NCBI GenBank assembly: GCA_963666275.2
Contig: CAXXOA010000003.1
Coordinates: 32,001-96,000 of the forward strand
Direction: 5' to 3'
DNA: 64,000 nucleotides
Origin: Oceanispirochaeta sp.
Lineage (GTDB): Bacteria; Spirochaetota; Spirochaetia; DSM-2461
Under the pieces are notes generated by a model. It was not told the origin of the DNA, did not search any database, and was given only the letters and a program-made list of their open reading frames with translations. The translations under genes and the position numbers were made by a program. Shown here piece after piece: positions 19,965 through 28,934 of this stretch (position 1 is its first letter; each line of letters starts with the position of its first letter).

Positions 19965-20966
19965 ATGACAGAAAAGGAGAACTGGTTCCGTCTAATCAGG
20001 AATGAGAATCCCGGGTGGATTACAACACCCTGGGAGGCTTTTGAAGGGAATTTCTATGGGAACACCTTTGTTCTGGATCCCATATACACAGCGTTCAAGG
20101 GGGATGCAGTGCTGGGAACCTATTCCGATCAATGGGGTGTAACCTGGAAGTGGATTGAAGGACACAGACCGAATCCCTATGTGACAGAAGAGAATAAAGC
20201 CATTACCGATATAACAAAGTGGAAGGAACAGATCATCTTTCCCCCTCTGGAAGGTCATGACTGGGAATCGGCCGAACAGGTTGCCTCAAAAGTCGATAGG
20301 AGCGAGAAAATCGTCGGAAACATGCTTGTTGGGGGGCTTTTCGAACTGACCCACTACCTGATGGGATTTCAGGATGCCCTGTGTAACTACATGCTCGAGC
20401 CTGATCATATGTATGATCTAGTCGGAGCCCTGGCGGACTGGAAGATAGAGCATCTGAGGCAGGTCATCAGGCATATTGAACCGGACGTTGTGCTTTTTCA
20501 TGATGACTGGGGCAATAAGGATAACCTCTTTCTTCCCCCGGATGTCTGGAGAGCTGTGATTAAACCGCACCAGAAAAGGATTGTGGACTTTGTCAAAGCC
20601 CATGATGTCATGTATCTTCACCACTCGGACAGTATCTGCGAACCTATCATAGAGGATATGGTGGAACTGGGTATTGATGCCTGGCAGGGTGTGATCCCCC
20701 AGAATGATATAGTGGGAATCCAGAAGCAGCTGAAAGGACGTATGGCTATGATCGGGGGAATTGATGCCCAGGTGATCGATATGGCCGAGGCAGACGAGAA
20801 AGTTATACGGAATGAGGTAAGGAAATGCATGGATACCTACTGTCCTCAGGGGCATTTTATTCCCTGTATTCCCAATATCCTTCCTATTTTTCCGGATGTG
20901 AATGCCATTTACGAGGATGAACTGAAAAGCTACGGCAAAACCTTCTATTCTACGGTAGGGGTGTGA
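19965..20966 (+). CDS. Uroporphyrinogen decarboxylase / methyltransferase-fold protein (O-demethylase MT1-like)
   Basis: DQWGVTW, ITDITKW, GLFE....LMGF, HDDWG....F..P..W...IKP, GGID; ATG after AGGGGG. Confidence 0.75.
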   Translation: MTEKENWFRLIRNENPGWITTPWEAFEGNFYGNTFVLDPIYTAFKGDAVLGTYSDQWGVTWKWIEGHRPNPYVTEENKAITDITKWKEQIIFPPLEGHDWESAEQVASKVDRSEKIVGNMLVGGLFELTHYLMGFQDALCNYMLEPDHMYDLVGALADWKIEHLRQVIRHIEPDVVLFHDDWGNKDNLFLPPDVWRAVIKPHQKRIVDFVKAHDVMYLHHSDSICEPIIEDMVELGIDAWQGVIPQNDIVGIQKQLKGRMAMIGGIDAQVIDMAEADEKVIRNEVRKCMDTYCPQGHFIPCIPNILPIFPDVNAIYEDELKSYGKTFYSTVGV

Positions 20967-21630
20967 TTTTCACCTGGAAGTAGTTCTGAAGTTCAACTGA
21001 AATACGATCAAAGAGGGTCAGGCTCTTTTCCATAATGTCCGATATCTCTTCCTCTCCCAGGCCTAATGACTGGAACATGAGCCTGATTCTCATTCTGATG
21101 AAATCGTCTACAGTGACCTGAAGATAGCCTTCGATCATTTTCATTGTGATTCCAAGGGTCAGAGACGAGTTGGCCACCTGAATCATTTTTATCTCATTTT
21201 CGCTGAGGGGAAGGTTGTACTCTCTTACGTGCATTTCCCAGAAATCTTTCATAAGCAGGAGTTCATACTCCATATAGACTCCCTCCAGGGATATCTCATA
21301 GATAAACCTCTTCAGATTTTCATCGGAAAATTTGATTTTTGTGTAGATAATCTGTTCCAGAGAGGTGGCGACTCTCAAATCATAGGGTTCATTCAGTTCT
21401 CTGAATAGCTTTTTTACCGCTTCTTTGATCTGTATCCGAAAGTCAGAATGGATTTCTCCGGCTATGGCTTTTTTTGATTTGAAGTAGTAGGTAATGAGGC
21501 CCTGATTCAGTCCGGTATGATCCAGAATATTCACATAGGTGGTTTTCTTATACCCCTTTTTGTAGAAGAGTTCTCTGTAGGCATTGAGGATAGTAGATCT
21601 TGTTTTCTGTCCTGTCGGATATCCGGCCAT
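20950..21630 (-). CDS. TetR-family regulator
   Basis: TRSTILN..RELFYKKGY..TT...I......GLITYYFKSK; 17-bp convergent overlap with the URO-D gene. Confidence 0.85.
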   Translation of the reverse strand: MAGYPTGQKTRSTILNAYRELFYKKGYKKTTYVNILDHTGLNQGLITYYFKSKKAIAGEIHSDFRIQIKEAVKKLFRELNEPYDLRVATSLEQIIYTKIKFSDENLKRFIYEISLEGVYMEYELLLMKDFWEMHVREYNLPLSENEIKMIQVANSSLTLGITMKMIEGYLQVTVDDFIRMRIRLMFQSLGLGEEEISDIMEKSLTLFDRISVELQNYFQVKITPLP

Positions 21631-21815
21631 ATATTATTTAATCTCTTTCACGGGTTCAAAATACTCCTGGGGAGGAGAGGGGGCAGTCATACCATAACAG
21701 AATCAATCTGCCGGTTCAATCAGCAGGCAGAAAGAAATAGACAGGGATAAATAAAATTGACGGATCCGGATTCCTGACTTAAAATAATAGAATATATTCA
21801 CCGAATAATTTCAAT

Positions 21816-22697
21816 TTGAATGATCATTGGAACAATAATATGAATGAAGGCTGGATCAAAGACAATTACTCCATAGGCGAAATATCAGAAATCTTCGGAA
21901 TCCCGAAAAAAATGCTGCGCTATTGGGACAGCATCGATCTCTTAAAGCCCTATACAATTGATGAAATCAATAACTACAGGTATTACTCGTCCTCCCAGTT
22001 CTACCTGCTGAATTTTATTAAATACCTGAGGAATCTGGGTGTGGCCTATTCCGAAATCAAGATGAAGATGAATGAAACCCATATCAACAGCCTGGAGCAG
22101 CTCATCAAAGAGCAGATTCTGGAAAGTGAAAAGCGGATACGGGAGATTCACCGGAACAAGAAAATCCTGGCCTCCCATCTGGCAGACATAGAAATGGTAA
22201 AGGAAACCTCGGAACTGGAGGTCGACACCATCATGATTCACCATAGGGAAGAAGAGCAGTTCATCTGTCTGGAGCACACTGTGGACAGTCGGGAGAATTT
22301 TGAAATAGCTATGAGGCGTATGGAGCAGATCCTCTGCGGCCATCCCATGCTCCTTGTGTCTCAGGTCAGCCTTATTATGAGCCGGGAAAACTTCTTTGAT
22401 GGAGAGTATATCCGGTTTAAATCGATCAATGTTCCCTGCGGTTTGTATAAAACCAGAAAGAAACAGAATATTATAAGCTTTCCAGAAGGTTTGTATGCCT
22501 CTGTTAAGTTCTGGGGAAATGTGGCCAACTCCGCCCCTGTCTATGAACAGATGAGGGAGTATTTACAAAAGAAAAATTACTCTATTATAGGTGATATAAG
22601 AAGAACTCCCATTTCTGTCGGTACAAAAGAGGGGAGTCATGATCACCTTGCCGAGCTGATCATTCCGATAGAAAATAATCTTGAAAAAAGTTTTTGA
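21816..22697 (+). CDS. MerR-family regulator with GyrI-like effector domain (BmrR type); start probably ATG 21840
   Basis: YSIGEISEIFGI...LRYWD.IDLLKP....NNYRYY; C-terminal PEGLYAS...ELIIPI. Confidence 0.9.
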   Translation: MNDHWNNNMNEGWIKDNYSIGEISEIFGIPKKMLRYWDSIDLLKPYTIDEINNYRYYSSSQFYLLNFIKYLRNLGVAYSEIKMKMNETHINSLEQLIKEQILESEKRIREIHRNKKILASHLADIEMVKETSELEVDTIMIHHREEEQFICLEHTVDSRENFEIAMRRMEQILCGHPMLLVSQVSLIMSRENFFDGEYIRFKSINVPCGLYKTRKKQNIISFPEGLYASVKFWGNVANSAPVYEQMREYLQKKNYSIIGDIRRTPISVGTKEGSHDHLAELIIPIENNLEKSF

Positions 22698-22724
22698 CCT
22701 TCCCACCTTGGGAAGGTCTACAAT
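22694..22724 (+). promoter_or_regulatory. MerR-type promoter TTGACC-N19-TACAAT with operator dyad gaccttccca-cct-tgggaaggtc
   Basis: 19-bp spacer and perfect 10-bp inverted repeat at 22696-22718. Confidence 0.85.
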
Positions 22725-22758
22725 CATTTTAAGTTTCCGAAAAACAAGGATTTTCACT

Positions 22759-23685
22759 ATGTCTGAAAAAAATACTCAGGGTATGGTTTTTGATATTCAG
22801 CCCTGTTCCATTCATGACGGTCCGGGGATACGAACCACCGTTTTTTTGAACGGATGCTATCTGCGCTGTAAATGGTGTCAGAATCCCGAATCTTTTTCAC
22901 TGAAACCCGTACTTTCCTATTCGGCTGATAAATGCACCGGATGCGGAATGTGCCTGACTGTCTGTCCGAATAATGCCATTACCCTGCAGCCGGATGGAAA
23001 AACAAAAAATAACCGGGAACTCTGTGATGCCTGCGGTGCCTGTGTGACCGTGTGTCCGGCCAATGCCAGAAGTATTATAGGCAAGTCCTACACAGCTCAG
23101 GAGATCCTGGAAATTGTAGAAAAAGACAGGGTCTTTTATGAGGGTTCCGGAGGCGGCGTGACTCTGAGCGGAGGAGAGATCCTTTTTCAGAACGACTTTG
23201 CCCGGGAAGTTCTGAAGCTCTGCAGAGAAGCGGGACTTTCTACAGCTGTTGAAACCACAGGGCATGCAGACTGGGAGAAAGTCCGGGATGTCCTGCAGTA
23301 CGCCGATGTGGTTCTCTACGACCTGAAGCACATGGATTCTGATAGGCATAAAGAGGCCACAGGAGTGGGAAACCGGAAGATCCTTGAAAATATCAAACTC
23401 ATAAAACACGAGCTGAAAAAGGAGATCTATATCAGAATCCCTGTGATTCCCGGATTCAATGACTCATCAGAAAATCTGATGGAGACAGCGACTTTTATCA
23501 GGGAGGAACTGGGGCAGGATACAAAAATCAACCTGCTTCCCTATCACAGACTGGGGCTTGGAAAGTGGGAACTGCTGGAGCAGCCGGTGGTACCTTTCGA
23601 AGCGGAGCCGCCCACAGGCGAGCAAATGGAATATGCAAAAAATATTTTTTCCCTTCAGGGACTAACTGCGGGAATAGGAGGATGA
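22759..23685 (+). CDS. Glycyl-radical enzyme activating enzyme (radical SAM with 2x[4Fe-4S] ferredoxin insert)
   Basis: HDGPGIRTTVF, CYLRCKWC, CTGCGMC...CP and CDACGAC...CP, GGVTLSGGE, LLPYH. Confidence 0.95.
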   Translation: MSEKNTQGMVFDIQPCSIHDGPGIRTTVFLNGCYLRCKWCQNPESFSLKPVLSYSADKCTGCGMCLTVCPNNAITLQPDGKTKNNRELCDACGACVTVCPANARSIIGKSYTAQEILEIVEKDRVFYEGSGGGVTLSGGEILFQNDFAREVLKLCREAGLSTAVETTGHADWEKVRDVLQYADVVLYDLKHMDSDRHKEATGVGNRKILENIKLIKHELKKEIYIRIPVIPGFNDSSENLMETATFIREELGQDTKINLLPYHRLGLGKWELLEQPVVPFEAEPPTGEQMEYAKNIFSLQGLTAGIGG

Positions 23686-23689
23686 TCAT

Positions 23690-26083
23690 ATGACGAAAAG
23701 GATCGAAAGAATGCTGGGGAATCTGAAGATTGACAAGTATCCCCTCTGCATTGAAAAATTCAGGATTGCCACGAAAACACTGGCGGAAACAGAGGGGGAA
23801 CCCAATGTCCTCCGGCGTGCCAAAATCATGAAGAATGTTCTTGAGAACATAACGATCTTCATCGAAGACGGAGAACTCTTTGCCGGCGCGGGAGCCAGTA
23901 AACCCTTTGGTCTGGAGATCGACTACGAGTATGGTACATGGACCCAGGATGAGATTGATTCCCTGAAATCTGAGAACTATACTATTACTCCCGAAGATGA
24001 GGCGGAGCTTCAGCACATCAATAACACCTATGAGATTCACAGCCTTGTGTCTACCATGGGAGCTGTCTTCTTTGAAAACAAACAGCTCTGGCCTTTTATG
24101 AAAGCCGGAATGATCCTTCCCCCCTGGAAAGGGAAAAAAGAGGGAAGCGGCGGAGGCTATGCCCAGTCTGGACTGGGACTCGGCCCCGGGTTCTTCCTGG
24201 TGGGGATGGATTTCGAGAGGATGCTGAATGACGGTTCCCTGAAAATAATCGCCGAGTGCGAAGCCGAACTGGAAGCCATGAAGGCCAGAGGGGAAGATAA
24301 CCGGGAAGGAGAGGATTTCCTCAATGCCGTTATCATTGTTCACAAAGCCATTATCAACTTTGCCGAACGATATGCCGTACTGGCAGAATCCATGGCAGCA
24401 GATGAGAAAGATAAAACCAGAGCAGAAGAGCTTCTTCGAATAGCCGCAGCCTGCCGTAAGGTCCCTGCCCATCCGGCAGAGTCATTCTTCGAAGCGATCC
24501 AGTCCTTCTGGTTCTCCTTCCTCTTTGCCTCTCCCTCTCCCACCACTGCGGGAGCCCGGTTTGACCAGTTCATGTACCCCTTTTACAGGAAGGATATCGA
24601 AAGCGGAGCCACCTCAGACGAGGAAGTTCTGGAACTGCTTGAAGTTCTGAGAATCAAGGATATGAAGCTCAACAGGGTCTCGGGAAAACAGAACAGAAAA
24701 AAGAATGCGGGAATGGCCAAATGGCATAACTGGACCATCGGCGGTGTGGATTCCCAGGGCAATGACGCCAGCAACAAGCTCTCCTATCTGCTCCTGGATG
24801 CTGCTATTGAGACCAAGGTTCCCCACCATACCATTACCCTGCGGGTTCATGACAAAACCCCAGATGATCTTATGGTGAAAGCCCTGGAAGTGGTGAAAGC
24901 CGGCCTTGGCCTGCCCGCCTTTGTGGGCGACAAGTCGTATATAAATTTCTTCAGAATGAAGGGAATGAGCCTGGAGGATTCCCGGAATTATATTATGACA
25001 GGCTGTCTGGACGGAAACATTCCTGCCAAGGCCAGAACCGTTGCGGTTGGTATGTTCCTGGTGGCGCTGGGATATGACATTTTCATGCACAACGGATTCA
25101 ACAACGGAACCGGGGAAATGGTGGGAATCAAAACCGGCGATGTGACAGAAATGGCCGACTTTGAAGAGTACAAGAGCGCTTTCTACAAACAGCTCGACTA
25201 TCTGCTGGAACTGGCTGTCGAAAAGAGCAACATCGAACTGAAAGCCGAACAGGACCTCTTTCCCGATCCCTTCCGTTCTTCTCTGATGAAAGATGCCATT
25301 AAAGAGAAAAAGGATATTCTCAGAAGGACTATGCCTCTGGAAAACGGCCTTGTTCTGTGTACCATCGGGGCTATCAATGTGGCCGACTCTATGGCCGCGG
25401 TGAAAAAGCTTGTCTTTGAAGAGAAGAAATACACCATGCAGGAGTTAATGACAGCCCTGGATTCCAACTGGGAAGGTTATGAAGTTATGCGAAATGATTT
25501 CATAGAAGCCCCCAAATATGGTAACGACGAAGACTACGTAGACCTTCTGGCTGCAGAACTCTACTCCCATATAGAAAAGAAGCTGGCTTCCATGGATACC
25601 TATTACGGAGGAAAAGCTGTAACAACAGCCATTTCCATTACGTCCCATCAGCCCGGTGGAGCCCTGACGGGAGCTACTCCTGATGGAAGAAAAAAAGGTG
25701 AGATACTGGCGGATGGAAGTATGTCTCCCATGCACGGGTACGACAAGAAAGGCCCCACCGGTGTTCTCAAAAGTGCCATGAAAATTGACCAGGATCCCTA
25801 TCAGGCAACCCTGCTCAATATGAAGTTCCATCCTTCTGCGCTCAGCAGTGAGGCGGATATGGTGAAACTGGGGAATCTGATCAAAACCTATTTCTCCCAG
25901 GGCGGTAAACACATGCAGTTCAATATTGTGGACAAAGGCCAGTTAATCGAGGCCAAGGAAACCCCCGAGGAGCATCAGGACCTGGTTGTCCGGGTGGCCG
26001 GATACAGTGCGTATTTTACAGCTCTCGGCACAGAAATGCAGGATGAAATCATCGAGAGAACAGAGTTCACAACGGTTGGTTAA
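23690..26083 (+). CDS. Glycyl radical enzyme (PFL/GRE superfamily) of unknown function
   Basis: RVAGYS glycyl loop (Gly771), single-Cys thiyl loop TGCLD (Cys439), ATPDGRK, PKYGND. Confidence 0.93.
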   Translation: MTKRIERMLGNLKIDKYPLCIEKFRIATKTLAETEGEPNVLRRAKIMKNVLENITIFIEDGELFAGAGASKPFGLEIDYEYGTWTQDEIDSLKSENYTITPEDEAELQHINNTYEIHSLVSTMGAVFFENKQLWPFMKAGMILPPWKGKKEGSGGGYAQSGLGLGPGFFLVGMDFERMLNDGSLKIIAECEAELEAMKARGEDNREGEDFLNAVIIVHKAIINFAERYAVLAESMAADEKDKTRAEELLRIAAACRKVPAHPAESFFEAIQSFWFSFLFASPSPTTAGARFDQFMYPFYRKDIESGATSDEEVLELLEVLRIKDMKLNRVSGKQNRKKNAGMAKWHNWTIGGVDSQGNDASNKLSYLLLDAAIETKVPHHTITLRVHDKTPDDLMVKALEVVKAGLGLPAFVGDKSYINFFRMKGMSLEDSRNYIMTGCLDGNIPAKARTVAVGMFLVALGYDIFMHNGFNNGTGEMVGIKTGDVTEMADFEEYKSAFYKQLDYLLELAVEKSNIELKAEQDLFPDPFRSSLMKDAIKEKKDILRRTMPLENGLVLCTIGAINVADSMAAVKKLVFEEKKYTMQELMTALDSNWEGYEVMRNDFIEAPKYGNDEDYVDLLAAELYSHIEKKLASMDTYYGGKAVTTAISITSHQPGGALTGATPDGRKKGEILADGSMSPMHGYDKKGPTGVLKSAMKIDQDPYQATLLNMKFHPSALSSEADMVKLGNLIKTYFSQGGKHMQFNIVDKGQLIEAKETPEEHQDLVVRVAGYSAYFTALGTEMQDEIIERTEFTTVG

Positions 26084-26087
26084 TCAT

Positions 26088-26126
26088 TCCGCACCGGAAA
26101 AAAAAGGATTAGGGATCCGGTGCGGA
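26088..26126. other. Intergenic 11-bp stem-loop (tccgcaccgga/tccggtgcgga)
   Basis: Perfect inverted repeat with no U-tract on the + strand; probable mRNA stabiliser or attenuator. Confidence 0.6.
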
Positions 26127-26149
26127 TATAATAGAAAAAGGAGGACTTT

Positions 26150-27433
26150 ATGTCTGTTGTTCTGATCTGTCTTGCTGCTATTGTGGCTGTCATCGTTATC
26201 GGGGCTAAAACAAAAACCAATATCGGTTTATGGGCCATTGGTGCGGCTTATCTGATCGGTGTTTTTGTATTGGGTCTGTCTCCCAGGGATATCATAGGTG
26301 TCTTTCCCACCAGATTGTTCCTGCTGCTTTTCTCTGTCACCCTGTTTTACGGATTTGCTGTTCTCAACGGGACTCTGGAAGCTGTGGCAAAAAAGGTTGT
26401 CTACTCAGTAAGAGATATCCCCTGGGCTATTCCTATCGCTCTGTTCCTGCTGTCCTTCATAATGTCCGCCATCGGTGCAGGCGACGGAGCCACCGTGATG
26501 ATGATCCCCATCGGACTTTCCATTGCGAAAGTGACAGGCATGAATAATATCCTGGCGGCGGTATCCTGCGTTTCCGGTATCAGTATGGGTGGGTTCTCCC
26601 CGATCAGTACTGCCGGTATCTTCCTCCGGGAGATGGCGGAACGGGCAGGGGGACACTCTATCGCAGAGGTTAACAGCTACGGTAACCATGCCTTCTTTCA
26701 GGTCTGTTTGCTCTTTACCCTGGTATTCATTATTGCCTACTTTGTCTTCAAGGGTTACAAAATCGAAGCCCCTGTTCTGGACAAACCAGAACCCTTTGAA
26801 AAAGAACAGAAAAGGAACCTCGGTATTATCGTAGGATTTGTACTTGTACTGGTTATCGGACCTGTCCTGGGAAAGATTTTCCCCGGAAGTCCCGGAATCG
26901 TAAAAATTGCCAGAGGGATCTATCTGACATGGATCGCTTTCATCGGATCCATCTTTGCTACCCTGCTGAAAGTAGGCGACGAGAAAATGGCTTTCAAAAG
27001 GGTTCCCCTTTCTGCTCTGACCACTCTCTGCGGTATGGGGACACTGATCGGTATCGTCAGCAAATCCGGAGCAATTGAAATGGTTTCCGGTTACCTCTCC
27101 CAGAGTGTGCCCGCACCTCTGGTTCCCATCATGCTGGGACTGATCGCCGGTATTATGAGCCTCTTTGTGAGCGGATTTGTTGTGAACACCACGTTCTTTG
27201 CTCTTGTACCGACTCTTGCTATGGGAACAGGTATGGTTTCTGGCTTCCTGTACTCGGCTGTCGCTGTGGGTGGTATGTCTACTGCTGTATCCCCCTTCTC
27301 CGGATCGGGCGGTCTTGTGGTTGCCAGTGTGGAAGAAGAACATCATAGAAATAAGATCTTCAACTTCCTCCTTATCTGGCCCTTTTTCAATCTGGCAGTA
27401 TATCTTGTCATTGTAGCACTTGGTATTTACTAA
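26150..27433 (+). CDS. SLC13/MatC-type (di)carboxylate carrier
   Basis: NIGLWA, FPTRLF...VTLFYGFA..NGT, GGFSPIS, SPFS.SGG; ~12 TM. Confidence 0.85.
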   Translation: MSVVLICLAAIVAVIVIGAKTKTNIGLWAIGAAYLIGVFVLGLSPRDIIGVFPTRLFLLLFSVTLFYGFAVLNGTLEAVAKKVVYSVRDIPWAIPIALFLLSFIMSAIGAGDGATVMMIPIGLSIAKVTGMNNILAAVSCVSGISMGGFSPISTAGIFLREMAERAGGHSIAEVNSYGNHAFFQVCLLFTLVFIIAYFVFKGYKIEAPVLDKPEPFEKEQKRNLGIIVGFVLVLVIGPVLGKIFPGSPGIVKIARGIYLTWIAFIGSIFATLLKVGDEKMAFKRVPLSALTTLCGMGTLIGIVSKSGAIEMVSGYLSQSVPAPLVPIMLGLIAGIMSLFVSGFVVNTTFFALVPTLAMGTGMVSGFLYSAVAVGGMSTAVSPFSGSGGLVVASVEEEHHRNKIFNFLLIWPFFNLAVYLVIVALGIY

Positions 27434-27459
27434 GATATAACAGTTATTTATTGCTCAAC

Positions 27460-27490
27460 AGGCTCCGGGATTATTCCGGGGCCTTTTTTT
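27460..27490 (+). terminator. Intrinsic terminator of the GRE operon
   Basis: aggctccggga-ttat-tccggggcct followed by a T-run. Confidence 0.75.
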
Positions 27491-27531
27491 ACTTTTCTTG
27501 AGGGATCGCATAAAGAAATGGACTGTATATG

Positions 27532-28062
27532 CTAATTCACCATCCAGGCATCATAAATTACACCCGGTGTTCTCCTTGATATGACGCATCCGAATGCCAC
27601 TCGTTTGTTCAGCCAGCTGTATTTTACTGAGGATGTTTCAAAGAAAAGGTGCTGTTTGAAATAGTAGTTTTCGGGAGCCACAGGTTCTCTGGCAGTCCTT
27701 TTCTTAAGAATCTCTTCACTTTGAGTGGCATAACCTTTCGTATAAATGCTGATTATGGCTCCGTCATCAGTTTTCAGGATATAGCGGGTATCAATATTTT
27801 TTGTTGTTTTTGAATTGTGACTAGTCGTATTCCAGTCCGCTCCTTCCGGGAGGACTTCACCTTTTAATCGGGGCCCTTCAAAGCGGCCGCCGGTAATGGA
27901 TATAATTTTAAGAAATCCTCCATCCACAGAGCCGACTTCAATGGGTAAAGCTACATCCACAACTATTCTGTATAGAAACTCAAGATTGGGGGCGGGGGGA
28001 GCAAACCCGTTGCCTTCCTGTATAGAATACTCTTCAAATTCATTGCTTAGTGTTGCTTTCAT
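27532..28062 (-). CDS. DUF3237 beta-barrel protein
   Basis: ITGGRFEGPRLKGEVL.GADW, DTRY.LKTDDGA.I, YF....FET...Y.WLN. Confidence 0.9.
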   Translation of the reverse strand: MKATLSNEFEEYSIQEGNGFAPPAPNLEFLYRIVVDVALPIEVGSVDGGFLKIISITGGRFEGPRLKGEVLPEGADWNTTSHNSKTTKNIDTRYILKTDDGAIISIYTKGYATQSEEILKKRTAREPVAPENYYFKQHLFFETSSVKYSWLNKRVAFGCVISRRTPGVIYDAWMVN

Positions 28063-28066
28063 TTAT

Positions 28067-28909
28067 TTATGCCTCAATAATTTCTTTAATCATTTTAATT
28101 CTTTTATCAATCAGATCGGGCCATACTGCAGGATTCTGGAACGGGTTGTGCCCGGGGGTTATGGAATCCACTTTCTCAAGCATATTTATCTGGCCCGGAT
28201 GGGATCCCAGAGTTATCTCTACGTTAAAATCCCGAACCTTGCGCATACTTTCCAGATACTCCTGACGGGATGTCTCGGGAAGATTGAACTCCTTAAGGAA
28301 ATCATCAGTCAGAGTATTGACTCCAACGCCGCCATGAAGGCCGCATTTATAGACTCTGCCTTCTTCATCCTCCGCATCGAAAAAGAAGGAGGTCGTTCCC
28401 GGTGTATGACCGGGCGTATGGACCGTATGAACTGTTCTGTCTCCCAGAACCACGGGCCTGTCATCAGAGAAAAACGCGTCTGCTTCAAAGTCACCGCAGG
28501 GATAATTTTCTGACAGGAGAAGCTCCGGTCTTTCTTTCAGCATATCAGAGTCTTCTTTCGCCATATAGAGCCTGGCACCGCTGGCTTCCAGGATTGCTCT
28601 GATACCTCCTGCATGATCATAATGGGCATGAGAGAGGAGAAGGAGTTTTATGTTCCCGGGATCAAATCCAAGCATTCGGATGCTTTCAAAAACCAGATAC
28701 ACCTGAGGCTGCATGGTTGAATCTATCAGAATCAGTCCGTCCGAGGTTTCAAGCAGGTAGGCTCCAACCCAGCTGTTTCCAACATACCAGGTACGGGGAG
28801 CCACCTTGAAAGGGGCAACGGCAACTTCCCAGGGGCGTTCACAGCCCTGTTTCAGAAAGTCATACGGATTCGTCAGGGGCTGCTGAAGTTTGGACTTATT
28901 CATATTCAA
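28067..28909 (-). CDS. MBL-fold metallo-hydrolase, subclass B3-like, no signal peptide
   Basis: PFK...YVG, HAHYDH, TPGHTPG, GSHP. Confidence 0.85.
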   Translation of the reverse strand: MNMNKSKLQQPLTNPYDFLKQGCERPWEVAVAPFKVAPRTWYVGNSWVGAYLLETSDGLILIDSTMQPQVYLVFESIRMLGFDPGNIKLLLLSHAHYDHAGGIRAILEASGARLYMAKEDSDMLKERPELLLSENYPCGDFEADAFFSDDRPVVLGDRTVHTVHTPGHTPGTTSFFFDAEDEEGRVYKCGLHGGVGVNTLTDDFLKEFNLPETSRQEYLESMRKVRDFNVEITLGSHPGQINMLEKVDSITPGHNPFQNPAVWPDLIDKRIKMIKEIIEA

Positions 28910-28934
28910 TATCTCCTTTTTAATTAATATTCCT

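Noticed and set aside
19965..20966. hemE call
   Set aside because: No RQAGR N-terminal motif and no tetrapyrrole genes nearby.
22681..22758. N-terminal extensions in the ORF track (also 16670, 19902, 31035, 35206, 39339, 46301, 48716)
   Set aside because: They run through promoter, operator or terminator DNA; downstream starts have RBSs and match family N-termini.
23690..26083. Calling the GRE pyruvate formate-lyase, CutC, HypD or BSS
   Set aside because: No CC pair, no GCxE motif, no small subunits or microcompartment genes; the activase carries a ferredoxin insert, unlike PflA.
28067..28909. Antibiotic-resistance beta-lactamase call
   Set aside because: No signal peptide, catabolic operon context and no mobile element nearby.
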